A stretch of 63,872 nucleotides of DNA, the filler included, from Chiloscyllium plagiosum (taxonomy: Eukaryota), in assembly GCF_004010195.1 (NCBI RefSeq). It is 6 parts of one record of this genome, joined end to end, with 100 filler letters (N's around TTAATTAATTAA, not from the genome) between each part and the next. Parts side by side here need not be neighbours in the genome. Positions count along the whole stretch, not along the records: positions 28,310 to 53,204 come from NC_057714.1; 5 more parts are not named here. One strand, given 5' to 3'. Under the pieces are notes generated by a model. It made no database searches, had not been told where the DNA came from, and saw only the letters and a program-made list of their open reading frames with translations. Position 1 is the stretch's first letter. Each line of letters starts with the position of its first letter. This document shows positions 39,470 through 52,279 of this stretch, piece after piece. A program made the position numbers and the translations under genes.

Positions 39470-40320
39470 CTAACAGATCTCACAACCAGCACATCAGATC
39501 AAAGCTGTGTAGTCCTACCACATTCAGCCATGAATGGTGGTAAACAATTAAACAGCTATTTGGAGCAGTATAATCATCAATGATGGGGCAGCTCAGCTCG
39601 TTAGTGCAAAGCTGAAGTATTTACATTCAACTTCAACCAGAAGGGCCAATTGGATGGTCTGAAATGGCACCCCCTGAGGTCCTCTGTGTCACAAATGCCA
39701 ATGTTCAACCAGCTCAATTCATTCAACTTGGCATCATGACACTGAGAGCATTGAATACTTCAAAGGCCCTGACAATATTCTGATAATAGTACTGAAGGCC
39801 GGTGTTCTAGAATTAGCCCCACCCTTAGCCAAGCTGTTCAAGTGCAGCTATAACACTGAAATCCTTCTTAACAACGTGGAAAATGCACTGTTTGTCCTGT
39901 CCACAAACTGTAGGACAAATCCAATCAGACTATTGCCCAACTATCAGTCCACACTTGACAACCAGCAAGGTGATAGAAGAAGTCATCAACAGTGCTATCA
40001 AGTGGCATTTGCTCAACAATACCCTGCTCACTGATGCTCAGTTTGTGTTCCAAAATGGCCACTCAGGGCCCGTCCTTAACCTCATTACACCTTTGGTCCA
40101 CAGATGCACAAAAGATGTTAAATCCGGAAGTAAGATGAAAGTGACATCAGGGCAGAATTCGACCGAGTATAGCATCAAAAAGACTTAGCAAAATGGAGGT
40201 CAATGGGTATAAGGAAGGAAACCTGTTCACTGACTGGAATCATGCATGGGACAAAGGAAGATGATTGGCCTCCAGCTGTCACAACTGTCTTGCATGGCAT
40301 TGCTGCAGGAATTCCCAAGG
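39470..40320 (+). mobile_element. Decayed L2/CR1-group LINE RT fragment
   Basis: GPDNI...LAPTLAKLF and KVIEEVINSAIKWHLLNNTLLTDAQFVF motifs. Confidence 0.7.
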
Positions 40321-40761
40321 ATAAATGGCAAGTAATATTTGTACAACAGAAACAAGGGGAGATTGGATATCTATTGCCATCTGAGGAGAAAGCCTCCAAG
40401 TAGCTACTCCCCAGTTGTACATCGAGCACCAACATTTATTGGAACCTTGGATGAGAGTGGAGGCTAAGTGAGAGTAAGAAACATTCTTGTTTTTTTTCCC
40501 TGCAATGTCTAGGTTCCATTCCCAAGCCAGGATCAAAAGAGGAAGTGGAATTCTTGTCATTTCTGAGAAATGCCCACTTGTGACCAACACAGAGTCATAG
40601 TCATAGAGGACTACAGCACAGAAAAAGACCCTTCAGCCATTCGAGTCTGTACCAGTCAAAAACCATGACCTAACTATTCTAATACCATTTTCCAGCACTT
40701 TGCCATAGGCTTGTACATCCGAGCATTGCAAGTGCATAACTAAATACTTCTTAAATGTTAA

Positions 40762-40974
40762 AAATCACACAACACCAGGTTATAGTCCAACAGGTTTAAT
40801 TGGAAGCACAGTAGCTTTCGGAGCACTGCTCCTTCATCAGGTTCACCACAACCATCTGATGAAGGAGCGGCGCTCCGAAAGCAAGTGTGCTTCCAATTAA
40901 ACCTGTTGGACCACAACCTGGTGTCGTGTGATTTTTAACTTTGTACACCCCAGTCCAACATTGGCATCTCCAAA
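40762..40974. mobile_element. Palindromic Penelope-type cassette with a hammerhead core on each strand
   Basis: ~80-bp inverted arms; CTGATGA-stem-GAAA at 40812-40840 (-) and 40856-40885 (+); 13-bp TSD TCTTAAATGTTAA (40749-40761 and 40975-40987). Confidence 0.85.
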
Positions 40975-40999
40975 TCTTAAATGTTAAGAAGGTTTCTGC

Positions 41000-43220
41000 T
41001 TCTTCTGCTGCCTCTGCCTCTATGCCTTCTTCTTTTGACAAAATCTCCTGACCTCCATTGGGTGACCCCTTCTCCCACCTCCAACCTTCCTCCTCCACTT
41101 GGTCACCTCCTGAAGACATTGTACCTGTCCTTCATTGCAGACTGCTGACGTGACATCAGCTGCCTCAATTTCTCCACCCTCGTCACCCATTCCAACCTCA
41201 CCCCCTCTGAACATGCAGCATTCCACTTTCTCCGCAACAAACTCTGGTTCACCATCAATTGCTGACAAAGGCGCGGCGGTGGTAGGCTGGAGGATGGACC
41301 TCTATATCACAGAGGCCGAAAGCTAACTCTCTGAGACCACGTCCTACCTCCTCCTTTCCCACAATCCCACCGCGACCCATCAGGCCCAAATCCAAGACAC
41401 TGTCAGTGCCCTCATTGTCTCTGGTGATCTCTCCTCCAGAGTCCCTCAGGCCCATACTGCCCAGTTCTACCTGATTCACAAGCCCAACTACCCTGGTCAA
41501 CCCATTGTCTCGGCATACTCCTGCCCCACCAAACTCATCTCGTCCTACCTAGACTCCATCCTCTTCCCCTTGGTTCAGGCATTTCTAGATCCGCAGCACC
41601 AACCATGCCCTCCATATCGTTAGCAACTTCCAGTTCCCTGGCCCACAGTTTTCTCTTCACTATGGACGTGCAGTCCTTATACACATCCAGACCACACGAG
41701 GACAGTCTCAGGGCCCTCTGCTTCTTCCTCTCCAATTGACCCATCCAGTCTCCCTCCACCAATACCCTCCTCCGCCTCGCCGAACTGGTCCTCACCCTCA
41801 ATAATTTTTTCTTTAACTCGTCCCATTTCCTACCAATCCAGGGGGTGGCCATGGGCACGTAGATGACCAGCTACACCTGCCTCTGTCAACTATATCAAAC
41901 AGTTCCTTTTCAGCACCTATACAGGCATTGTGCCACAACTCTTCCGCCGTTACATCGATGACAGCATCGGTGCAGCGTTCTGCACCAGCCTGAACTGGAC
42001 CAATTCACTGATTTCACCCACAACTTCCATCCCACCCTCAAATTCACTTGGTCCATCTCAGATACCTCCCTCCCCTTTCTTGACTACTCCATTTCCATCT
42101 CTGGCGACAGTCTCCAGACGGACGTTTACTACAAACCCACAAACTCCCATAACCAACTGGAGTACACCTCCTCCCACCCAGTATCTTGTAAGAACTCCAG
42201 CCCATTCTCCCAATTCCTCCACCTCCACTGCATGCAATTGGATGAGGAGACATTCCACTCACGTGCATGCCAGATGTCCATCTATTTTGAACAATGTGCT
42301 TTAAGGCAGTCCTCCGCTGCACCATCTCCATTCCACCTCCCGTCTAAATCCCCAAATTCAATAAAGACAGAATCCCTCTTGTCCTCACCTACCATCCCAC
42401 CAGTCTCTGCATCCAATGCATTATCCTCAGACACATCCGCCAACTCCAAATAGACGATACCACCAAGAACATCTTCCCCGCCCCACCCCTCTCTGTCTTC
42501 CGCAAGGACCATTCTCTTGACAATCCTTGGTTCATGCCACCGAACCCCCAGGTACCTTCCCCTGGAACTGGAAAAGATGCAAAATCTGTCGGTACGCCAC
42601 CCCCCTCACCTCCATCCAGGGCCCCAAATAGTAATTGCAGTTGAGACAGAGGTTCACCTGCCTCTCTTCCAACCTAGTTTACTGCATCAGGTGCTCCAGA
42701 TGTGATCTACATTGGGGAGACTGAACGTAAACTTTGGGAACGGTTCACTGAGCTTTGAAGCTGGCTCCACAGGGGCCGACCGGACCTCCCAGTCACCGCC
42801 CATTTTAATTCCCCCAACCACTCCCTTTCCAACATGATCATCCTTGTCCTCCTCCATTGCCAAAACAAACCACAGCTCCTATTGGAGGAACAATACCTTA
42901 TCTTCTGCCTGGGCACCCTCCAGCCCGGAGGACTCAAAATTGAGTTCTCCAATTTCAAATAACCTCCCTCCCCATCTCTTGACTTCCTTCCCAGCCCATC
43001 CCCCTCCCTTCCACTGCTCCCTGCCACCAACCAGGTCGTACCCTCTACCTGTCATTATCTATCTCCACTTCACAACCCTGCCCCCACCTCCCCCTTTATC
43101 TGCAGCTCCTCCTACACACACTCCCAGCCCTGAAGAAGGGTTACACCCGAAATGTCGACTTCTACACCTCCTGATGCTGTCTGGCTTACTGTGTTCTTCC
43201 AGCCTCCTGCCTGTCTACTC
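41000..43220 (+). mobile_element. Penelope-like retroelement (RT plus GIY-YIG endonuclease), decayed
   Basis: ADKGAAVV (41261), FTMDVQSLYT (41656), GVAMGT (~41842), RYIDD (41948), VYCIRCSRC..YIGET (~42677-42722); 3' terminal repeat with hammerhead-like core at ~43130-43160. Confidence 0.92.
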
Positions 43221-44406
43221 TACCACCTTTAGAGTCAGTGAATTCCAGATTCCCATCACTCGTGGTGAAAAAGAATTCCTCACATCCCTCTAAACCTCTT
43301 GCCTCTTGCCTTAAATTGATGCTTATTCGTCAATGATCCCTCCACCAAGTGGATATGTTTCTTCCTATCTATACCCCCTCACTATTTTATCCATCTATAT
43401 CATGACTCCCTCAATCGTCTCTGCTCCAAGGAAAACAACGCCAGTCTGTCCAATCTCTCTTCATAACTAAAGCTCTCCAGCTCAGGCAACATATGCTGAA
43501 TTTTCTCTGTACCCTCTCCAGTGCAATCACATCCCTCTTATGATGTGGCTGTCAAATTCCACTCAAAAATCAACTGCCATAATATACAATAAATGTCTAA
43601 ATGCCAAAGTGCTTCTATCTATCACTGTACTTGCTTGCATTAAAACTGATTTTCACAAACATATCTTCTCTCTGGTCTTTTTAAAATCAGCACTTTCTTT
43701 CCTTGTCTTGCCAGTTTTTGCTAAGTGTTGTGTGCATGTACTCAGTAGAAAACTAGACATGTTTATGTTTGCTTGGGGTTAAAATTGTGAGGAAGGTTCT
43801 TTGTTTCTCTCTGCATTAGGTATATCTTTCCTTAAGTCTACCTCATAGTGACATCTCTCAGGATGTCAAAGCCAGCAGCAGGAACATATTAGCACTTTGC
43901 TATCAGATGTTGCAATCTGCTGCTGCTCCATTCCTGTCCTAAAGCATACTTTTATATTCAAACAGAAACTCACCCTCCTGACTTCAATCCTAGCTGCCAC
44001 AGCCGATTTTAACATTTCCCTTGTATCTAGCCAACTGGGCTGCATTTGATTTGGGTCCACGTACAAAGTCAGGAGTTGAAGGGAGAGTTGCCAGGTAAAT
44101 TGAACAAGATTGCAAGGACAGAGCAGAACTGTTGATGGGAATGCGCATGGACATTGCTGCAAATGGGCACAGCCTCTACTACTTGGAAGAACTAATTTGC
44201 TGGTCAATGAGTCCACAGGTTTGGATGAAATTACAGCTTTGCATCCAGACCAATATTAAGCTCCTTTGACTTCAATAGACAATAAAGTCAGTCTTGATGT
44301 AAAACCACCTGAGGCACCCATTAGTTTTGTGGGTGGGTTAAGATTAAGAAGTTAACAATCACTTCATAGAACCCCTTTCAGATGATATGACTTGACCTTG
44401 AGTATG

Positions 44407-44590
44407 AAGTTCAAGATCACACAATGCCAGGTTATAGTCCAACAGATTTAATTGGAAGCACTAGCTTCACCTGATGAAGGAGCAGTGCTCCGAAAGCTAG
44501 TGCTTCCAATTAAACCTGTTGGACTCTAACCTGGTGTTGTATGATTTTGAACTTTGTACACCTCAGTCCAACACCGGCATCTCCAAATCA
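44407..44590. mobile_element. Second palindromic Penelope-type hammerhead cassette
   Basis: Same family as 40762; CTGATGAAGGAGCAGTGCTCCGAAAGCTAG at 44471-44500; 14-bp TSD TGACCTTGAGTATG (44393-44406 and 44591-44604). Confidence 0.85.
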
Positions 44591-45109
44591 TGACCTTGAG
44601 TATGTAAGGCATAATTCCAAAGTTTGAAGTTGGCACAAAACTCAAAATCACAGCAGTAGTTGCTGACTTCTGAAGAACATAGATTGGCAACATACTGACA
44701 AATCATAGATGAGATTTATCACAGAGGTGCAAAGTGACACATCTGAGCAAGAAAATGTTGAATGGTAAATAAATTAAATGGTAATACAAAAGCAAAATAT
44801 TAGGGAAGCTGAAAATTTGAAACAAATGCAGAAAATGCTGGAAGTATTCAATCAGCATCCTTTGTGAGACAAAGTCTTCAGGGTGGAATCTTTGGGAGTC
44901 TCACTTGCCTATTCATAGATCATTAAATGGTCATTAATCGATCACTTAAGGGCACCACCTAGGGTAGGAAGGTGGAACCAGGGCCTAGCTTGATTCTGAG
45001 ATCTCACCACTCCATGTATTACATTATCTTCTTGTGTCCAAACACACTGCCTCCAGGACCCAAAGATTATGCCTAATGTACAGCACAACCTGCACTGCAA
45101 GGGACTGCA

Positions 45110-45305
45110 AGAAAAATGGACCCTTTGGTCCAACTCATCCATTCCGACCAGATACCCTAAATCAATCTAGTCCCATTTACCAACACTTGGTCTGAACCTT
45201 GTGAACCCTTCCAATTCATATACCAATCCAGATGCGTTTTAAATGTTGTTATTGTACCAGCCTCCACCACTTCCTCTGGCAGTTCATTCTGTACACGCAT
45301 CACTT
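45110..45305 (-). mobile_element. CR1 3' UTR fragment
   Basis: Homologous to 36180-36380 and 61920-62110. Confidence 0.8.
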
Positions 45306-47044
45306 AAAAAACTGTTTACCAATGGATGAATTAACAGCAGAAATAGATCTTCTGGCCCTTGAATGTCTTCAATAACAGCCAATCTGTGTCCATTCTGAAT
45401 TCCAGATTCCTATTGAATCCCAATAATCTTTTGGATCTATAACCTGTAATCAAAGCTGGGAAATGTTAAAAATAATTTTAGCAAGTGAAAGGGGTTGGGT
45501 GTTGATGTACAGGCACAAACAAACATGATGGGATGGAGAAGAGGAGAAATTAAATGTCTCTGGCATCCTGGAATTGTCAGTTCCACTGGGATTGTTCAAC
45601 TCCACTAACTGGTAAGGAATGTACTGCCTTAAAGCCTGGCTGAAGCAGTTTCAGTTGTAGTTTTTTAAAGGGATTTGGGTAAACCCCTGAAAGGGAAGGA
45701 GCAGAGTTTGACTAATTAGATAGCTCTACAAAAGAGCACAGCGCACCTCCTTAGATGGAGCACATTATGTTTTTGTAACATTGTCTGTGGCCAGTGCTAA
45801 TTTCTGTAGATCAAAAGGTACAGTCACCTTGAAAAAGTGCACAGTATCTATTGCCAGTTTGTGACAGTAAGTAGGTCATTGCCTTAAGTGTTTCTAATTA
45901 AATCATCTCCATCCTGATATTCTTGGATATCCCTCAACTGATGGTCACCATAGTAGCCACGGCTGGAGAGTGAGAGTATTCTCACTCAGTCTACCTGTGA
46001 AAGAGCATTATTGCTTTTATTTCTGTTCCGACATGACCATTTACAATTTCTGGCAAAAAGACCCACAAATATCTTTCTGGAACCATCATAATGATTGAAG
46101 GCAGCACACCCAAAATTATGCAAAGGAGATATTAATCGTCTTTGTCAATACATTGCACACAAAACCTTTTAGATTTTAGAATTCCATCATCCTCCTCAAC
46201 ACTGGGGTCTCTAAGCCACTGGCTGAATTCAACCTAATATTGTTGAAGCTGAATATATTGAATTTCATTCTCTGCCACTTGTTTCTCTATTGATTTTATG
46301 CAGGAGGCTTTCCCTTAATTCAATTTTTTGATAGCACAACATATTTTTCAATCTTTCTAAGGAATGAAAAGTCAAAGTTTCAAGTGTGATGTGACACCAT
46401 GTGATCTTTGATGTATTTTCTAATTTTTCAAAAACTGCCCGAGAAAATAGTTTATGGAGCAGGTTGGCTGGCAATTCATTGTCCTGAAATTTTACATGGG
46501 CCACTGAAATTTCGGATTGTCTTTGCTTCCATTACAGTATCTTCCATAGCTATTGCATGAATTACTTTCTCCTAGAATTCAAATTTAATTTTCAAGTTCA
46601 TGTCCTACATATCTTGGCAACGATTCTTGTGCTTCAAGAAATCCAGTATATTTGTTGCTATTTAGAGAGAAAACAAAATGAAAATATTTGTCTTGATCAA
46701 TAATGTATTAATCATCTGCTTAAGACATACATGATCGGCAAGTTAAATGGTATTGCAGATCTTTCCAGAAGGAGAGACAAACTGTCAAGTTAGGAATAAT
46801 GGTGATCTTGATTGCTGCTGACAGCCTTGTTTCTATGATGGTAGTTGATTGCCAGTATCCTTGCTACAGAGTTTTGCAATACATTGTCCAATATAGGTTT
46901 GCGAAAGGAAATCCTCTGTGTCAATGCTGAATGACAGCCCTTAAACGCAGAAATGATTAGTGCCATAATAGTCAACGTTGGTAACATGACTCATTTGCTA
47001 TTTAATCTCCCTTGTCTAGCTTCTTTATTTTACTTGTCCTTTTT

Positions 47045-47575
47045 TTTCATTCATTCATGGATGAGGGTGTCACTGGTGAGGTGTCATTTATTGCCCATCC
47101 TAACTGCCCAGAGGGTAGTTCAGAGTTAATCGCATTTCTGTGGATCTGGAGTTGACATTTAGGCCAGACCAGATAAGGATGGCAGTTTCCAACCTCTGAA
47201 GGTCATCAGTGAACCAGATGGGATTTTCCAACGATCAGGCATGGTGGCTCAGTGGTTATCGCTGCTGCCTCACAGCACCAGTGGTATAAGTTTGATTGCA
47301 GCCTCAGGTGACTGTTTGTTTGTGTGGAGTTTGCACGTTCTCCCTGTGTCTTGTGTGGGTTTCCTCCAGGTGCTCCAGTTTCCTCCCACAGTCCACACTG
47401 TAGGTAATTTAACCTAAACTCATGACCAGCATTAGACTCTTAATTTCAGGATTTTATTGAATTCAAATACTGCTGTCTGTCATGGTGGGATTCAAACCTG
47501 GGTTCACAAGACGTTACCTGGGTCTTGATAAATAATCCATCAGTAATGCCACTAGGCCATCTCCTCTTCTTGTGA
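47045..47575 (-). mobile_element. tRNA SINE (same family as 1700-2050) containing a + strand HE1 5' fragment (47238-47400)
   Basis: Reverse complement of the 1700-2050 family; internal GGCATGGTGGCTCAGTGGTT head. Confidence 0.75.
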
Positions 47576-47954
47576 GGCAGCGAATATTAAAATGCTTGGA
47601 ATTATGAGGAGAAAGCAGTACACCATTAAGAGATGGTGGACAGGGTTGGGGGTGGGGCAAAGGGGGGCAGGAATGGACAGGGTTGGGGCGGCATGCAGGG
47701 GTGAGGGCAAGGGAGGTAGTGTTGGAAAGGGTAAGAGGTGGNGACGGACAGGGGTGCGAGCATTGGGGGCAGGGGTGGGGAGTGGGAGGGGGCGCGCATG
47801 CGGCGTGCTGCTGCCTTTTCTACTGAATGGGGAGCAGACTTAACAGAAAACTCCAAGCCCCAAAGGAAAGGCATTTAATCAATTAAGCAAATAATTAATT
47901 ATCCGAATGAAATAGTAGCTGCCCATCTCATTTGGATAATCAAGGTTCCTCTGT

Positions 47955-48465
47955 AGATGGGTTTCCTCCAGGAAAGGTAGGAGAGGGAGACTGGTAGCAC
48001 AGGAGTCTCCTGTAGCTATCCCCATCTCAAACCAGCATGCGATTCTGGAAAATGAAGGGGCGATGGACTCTCGGGGAATGTAGAACTCCCAGCCAGGTTT
48101 CTAGTACCGAGACTGACTGACTCTAATGTAACAAGGGGTATGCCAGGTTCCAAGCGATTGATTTTGATAGGGGACTCTCCAGTCAGAAGCACAGACAGGC
48201 ATTTCTGCAGCCAACAACAAGACATCAGAATGGTGTGTGCCTCCCAGGATCCAGGATCAAAGATCAGAGATATCTCAGAGAGGGTGCAGAACATTCTCAA
48301 AGGGGAGAGGGGCCAGCAGGAAGTCACTGTACACATTGGACGTAATATAATAGAAAGTGAAAAGGATGAAATTCTGATGAGGGAATATAGGAAGTTAGGC
48401 AGGAATTTGAAAAGGAGGTTATTGAGGATACAGCAGATGAATGTGTGGCTGAGGAGCTGGTGCAC
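47955..48465 (+). mobile_element. CR1 ORF1 (SGNH esterase-like) remnant
   Basis: ORF 48140..48529 LIGDSPVRSTDRHFC...VTVHIGRN; homologous to 53305-54064. Confidence 0.85.
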
Positions 48466-48800
48466 TGTATCTTTTAAGAGAGAGAAAATGCTGTTTTGCA
48501 CTGAGAGCTTACAAGCACCTGTCATATGACTAGTTAGCAGTCTCCGAGCGTACTGGAAAATTGAAAATATGTAACATTTGGCTGTGAAATAGATACCGGA
48601 GTTAGTTGCTGTTTTGACAACAATTCAAATTTAACCCATCAGTTTAAATTATTCCCCAGGATACTAAAACCCAATTGAGTTTGAATTTATTGTTTTTGCC
48701 AACATTGAACCAATGAGACGATCCGATGTTGGGGATATAAAAAAGCAGACATTTTGAAAGTCAGCAAAGTAACTGCCATCAAAGCCTTCTCTATCAAAGG
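48466..48800 (+). mobile_element. Possible LTR U3 fragment with CCAAT and TATA boxes
   Basis: CCAAT at ~48710 and TATAAAA at ~48737; the LTR assignment is inference only. Confidence 0.35.
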
Positions 48801-48804
48801 AATC

Positions 48805-48880
48805 TTTTCGTATGGTTCAGTGGTAGAATTCACACCTGCCATCTGAGAGGTTCTGGGTTCAAATCCCAGACGAGCCCCCA
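48805..48880 (+). pseudogene. Chimeric tRNA copy: tRNA-Gly(GCC)-like D and anticodon arms, tRNA-Pro-like 3' half, encoded CCA
   Basis: TGGTTCAGTGGTAGAATTCACACCTGCCA resembles Gly-GCC; GAGAGGTTCTGGGTTCAAATCCCAGACGAGCCC+CCA resembles Pro; several differences are CpG-type. Confidence 0.75.
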
Positions 48881-48887
48881 CGTTTAC

Positions 48888-49105
48888 TGTTATGGAAATC
48901 AAATCAACTCGACTCAAATGCTAGCAAGAGCAAAGAAAAAGCTTTATTGTAACATCTGCAGGGGGCCCAATACTTGGCAAAAATGCCTTATATAAGGCGC
49001 TGAACAACTTTCACATGTTCTTTTTATATCACATTTCGCTGATCCTTATCACACGTTCAAGGTGTCTTTCTCATTCCTTTTCTGTTGATATAATTGCTTA
49101 CTGCC
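48888..49105 (-). mobile_element. LTR-like end adjacent to a tRNA-Pro PBS-like sequence
   Basis: On the - strand: TATAAAAA (49021-49028), AATAAA (48943-48948), terminal ATAACA at 48888, then TGGGGGCTCGTCTGGGAT (48880-48863). Confidence 0.5.
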
Positions 49106-49109
49106 TTTA

Positions 49110-50045
49110 TGGACAGCGAAGAAGCTTACCTCAGATTACAATGGGATCTTGATCAGATGGGCCAATGGGCTGAGAAGTGGCAGATGGGGTTTAATTTAGA
49201 TAAATGGGAGGTGCTGCATTTTGATTAGATTAGATTAGATTAGATTACTTACAGTAAGTAATCTAATGGAAAAGCAAATCAGGTCAGGACTTATACACTT
49301 AATGGTAAGGTCCAGGGGAGTATTGCTGAACAAGGAGACCTTGGAGTGGAAGTTCATAGTTCCTTGAAAGTGAAGGCACAGGTAGATAGGTTAGCAAAGA
49401 AGGCCTTTGGCATGCTTTCCTTTATTGGTCAGTGCATTGAGTAAAGGAGTTTGGAGGTCATGTTGCAGCTATACTGGACATTGGTTAGGCCACTATTAGA
49501 ATTCTGCATGCAATTCCACTGTCCCTGTTATTGGAAGAATGTTGTTAAACCTGAAAAGGTTCAGAAAAGATTTGCAAGAATGTTGCCAAGGTTGGAGGAT
49601 TTGATCTATAGGGAGAAGCTGAATAGACTGGGGTTATTTTCCCTAGAGTGTCAAGACTGAGGGGTAATATTATAGAGGTTTACAAAATAATGAAGGGTAT
49701 GGATAAGTCAGACATGGTCTTTTCCCTGGGGTGGGTAAGTCCAAAACTAGAGGGCACAGCTTTAAGGTGAGAATGGAAAGATTTACAAGGGACTTAAGGG
49801 GCAATTTTTTGCGCAGAGGGTGGTGCGTGTAGGGAATGAACTGCCAGAGGAAGTGGTGGAGGCTAGTACAATTCCAACATTTAAAAGGTATTTGGATGGG
49901 TACATGAATAGGAAAATTTAGAGGGGTATGGGCCAAGTGCTGGCAAATGGGACTAGACTGATCTAGGATATCTATTGGACATGGATGAGTTGAATCGAAT
50001 GGTCTGTTTCCGTGCTGCATATCTCTGTGACTCTTTGATTCTATG
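49110..50045 (+). mobile_element. CR1 LINE 3' part
   Basis: LQWDLDQMGQWAEKWQM, LVRPLLEFCMQF, CR1 UTR and tail. Confidence 0.9.
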
Positions 50046-50725
50046 TTGGCTGTGTAACAAAGTGTGTGAGAGAGTAGCACCAGCAAATAACCAGGCCAAG
50101 AAACTGGTGCATAGTGCAAAGTGAACTGCAAGCCAGTAAGTTCAACAAACCACAACGTATTGGTTCAGCTCGCTGAGGAATTGCCAATAACGATGCTTTG
50201 AGTGGCAGGATCTCAACTCTCATGAAAGGCCAAAGCTGGGAACTCAGAACTGAGTCAGACAGTCTCTGAATGGAGAATCTGTAACAGCTGCAGGAGCTGG
50301 CACACAGAAGGTGCAATGGTGAACCTTCACAGCATCTACCACAAACTGAGTTATGATGACTGACTCTGTTACAGCATGTGAGCTATTCTCATTCCTTCAG
50401 TATTGACCACTGTGCACCCAAGGTGACTGCCTCTGTTGTTATAACAATGGTGTAATTCACTATGATTGTGTTACATTGACAGTTTAGGTCAATTTTCTCT
50501 GAAAACACCCTTTCAGCTAGAGATATTTTGTCAGAAACGCCTGGCAGAATTTCTCAAGATGGACACTGGGAAACATTAAACATCTGATATCATAGCATTC
50601 ACAGGGTTAAATGCTGAACACTCAGCTGATTCTGATACATCAATTTCAAAAATTGCAAATATATTCAGGCAACTCCCATTTAAATTTCTAAGTTTCTATT
50701 ATTTATGACAAAAAATAACTTACTT

Positions 50726-51025
50726 TAGAATCCTTACAGTGTGGAAACAGGTCCCAATAGGTTCATACCGACCCTCCGAATAGCAACCCACCCTACATTT
50801 ACCCCTGACTGATCTACTCATCCCAGAACACAATCTGGGAAATTTAGCTGAGCCAAACCTGCACATAGTTAGATAGTGGGAGGAAACTGGAGCACCCAGA
50901 GGAAACACACGCAGACACGGGGAGAAGGTGCGAACTCTACACAGTCGTCAGAATTTGGAATCAAACCTGGGTCCCTGGCGCTGTGAGGTAGCAGTGCTAA
51001 CCACTGAGCCACTGTGCCACCACCC
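50726..51025 (-). mobile_element. HE1-like SINE
   Basis: Reverse complement of head GGCACAGTGGCTCAGTGGTTAGCACTGC; tail GGATTCTA. Confidence 0.85.
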
Positions 51026-52279
51026 CATTTTTTTAGGGAAAAAAAGAACTTGTCTTACTGTAAGCTTATTTACTATGCTATATTTTAGTTGAAGATGCAC
51101 TATCTTCACAAATTTGTTCAGTTTTTTTTAAATGTTGAGACATAAATGTACATTGAAATGCATGAAATCAGCGTAAAATTCCCCAAATTCCATTTTTCAT
51201 TAAAGCAAGTATCTTTGGCATGAGTTCAGTGGGACCATTCTATTGCAATGTTGCTCCAAAGGTCAAAATGTTTCTATTTTGAATTATCTTTGCATACTTT
51301 TATATCACCATACAGTAAAATACTATCCCTGAGTGCCTAAAACAATTAATTTAAGAGCAAAAATGTCCTATTTTTAGTTTCAGGATCATTTGCAAATTAA
51401 ACTGAATCACCAATATAATTTTCAATAAGAAGTTATTAACAATTTATGTAATTTAAGCGCTTAAACATGAGATATTGCCTTTAAAGAGACATTATGAACT
51501 GCTGTTGTCAAATCTTTATGCTATAAACACTTGATTGTGAGAGCAGATTTCATGGGAAGCTGTTGTTGTCTGCAAGAAAGATCTGAAGGGCATTTAAAAA
51601 CCAAGTAACTATTACAACCAGTCCGCAAGCACAGTTACCTGATATATTGCAGCTCCACATGGGACACCTCAAAGTATCAGGCCCCTGGATGAGGACGAGT
51701 GATCAGGATCCCCGTCTTTATTCATCTGTCCTCTTCGTTCGTTGCAACAGGGTTAATTTTAAAAACAATTCCTTCCCATGGGTAGCATGAGTCAAGAAAT
51801 TTCCCAAATCACAGGACCCGTTTCGATAAGAAAAACATTTAAATCTTACGATATTTGCTTGGAATAGAGTTTGGTGTGCTGAACCAGGAATCAGTGTGTA
51901 CTTGGCCACATGACTGGGTGGGTGCTGTACAGGCTGTTTAGAAAGCCCACTTTGGTCAGTTGTTTCAGAATTCATTAGGACATCTAGCCTTATCCCTTGC
52001 ATGCCCTCAAGCCAGCCATCACTTCCATGATCCATCATACTGTCCATGCCACTTCCAGAGCCACCCTTCCATTATCCACCACAGGGAGAACCCAGGAGCC
52101 ATGTTGAGATGAAAGCTTTAAAAACTCCGAAAATCTCCTCAGTCTCTTTCACCTCTCTCAAATGGTTAATCGCTCACAGAAGGGAACAAGCTGCTCTTTA
52201 GTGAGATTAGTTACGTCAAAGATAGTTAATACTTTAGCAGTCTCTTTAAGATCAACTAGGAGAAAGTGAGGACTGCAGA

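Larger units (their letters stand above)
40590..43560 (-). mobile_element. CR1 3' fragment (40590-~41000 and ~43220-43560) hosting two Penelope-derived insertions
   Basis: Tail GAGTCATAG at ~40592; CR1 sequence resumes at ~43220 (TCTACCACCTTT...GAATTCCAGATTCCC). Confidence 0.75.

Noticed and set aside
47640..47800. G-rich tract as a functional G-quadruplex or promoter
   Set aside because: Appears to be the interior of a decayed DNA-transposon-like repeat ending at ~47955; no independent evidence of function
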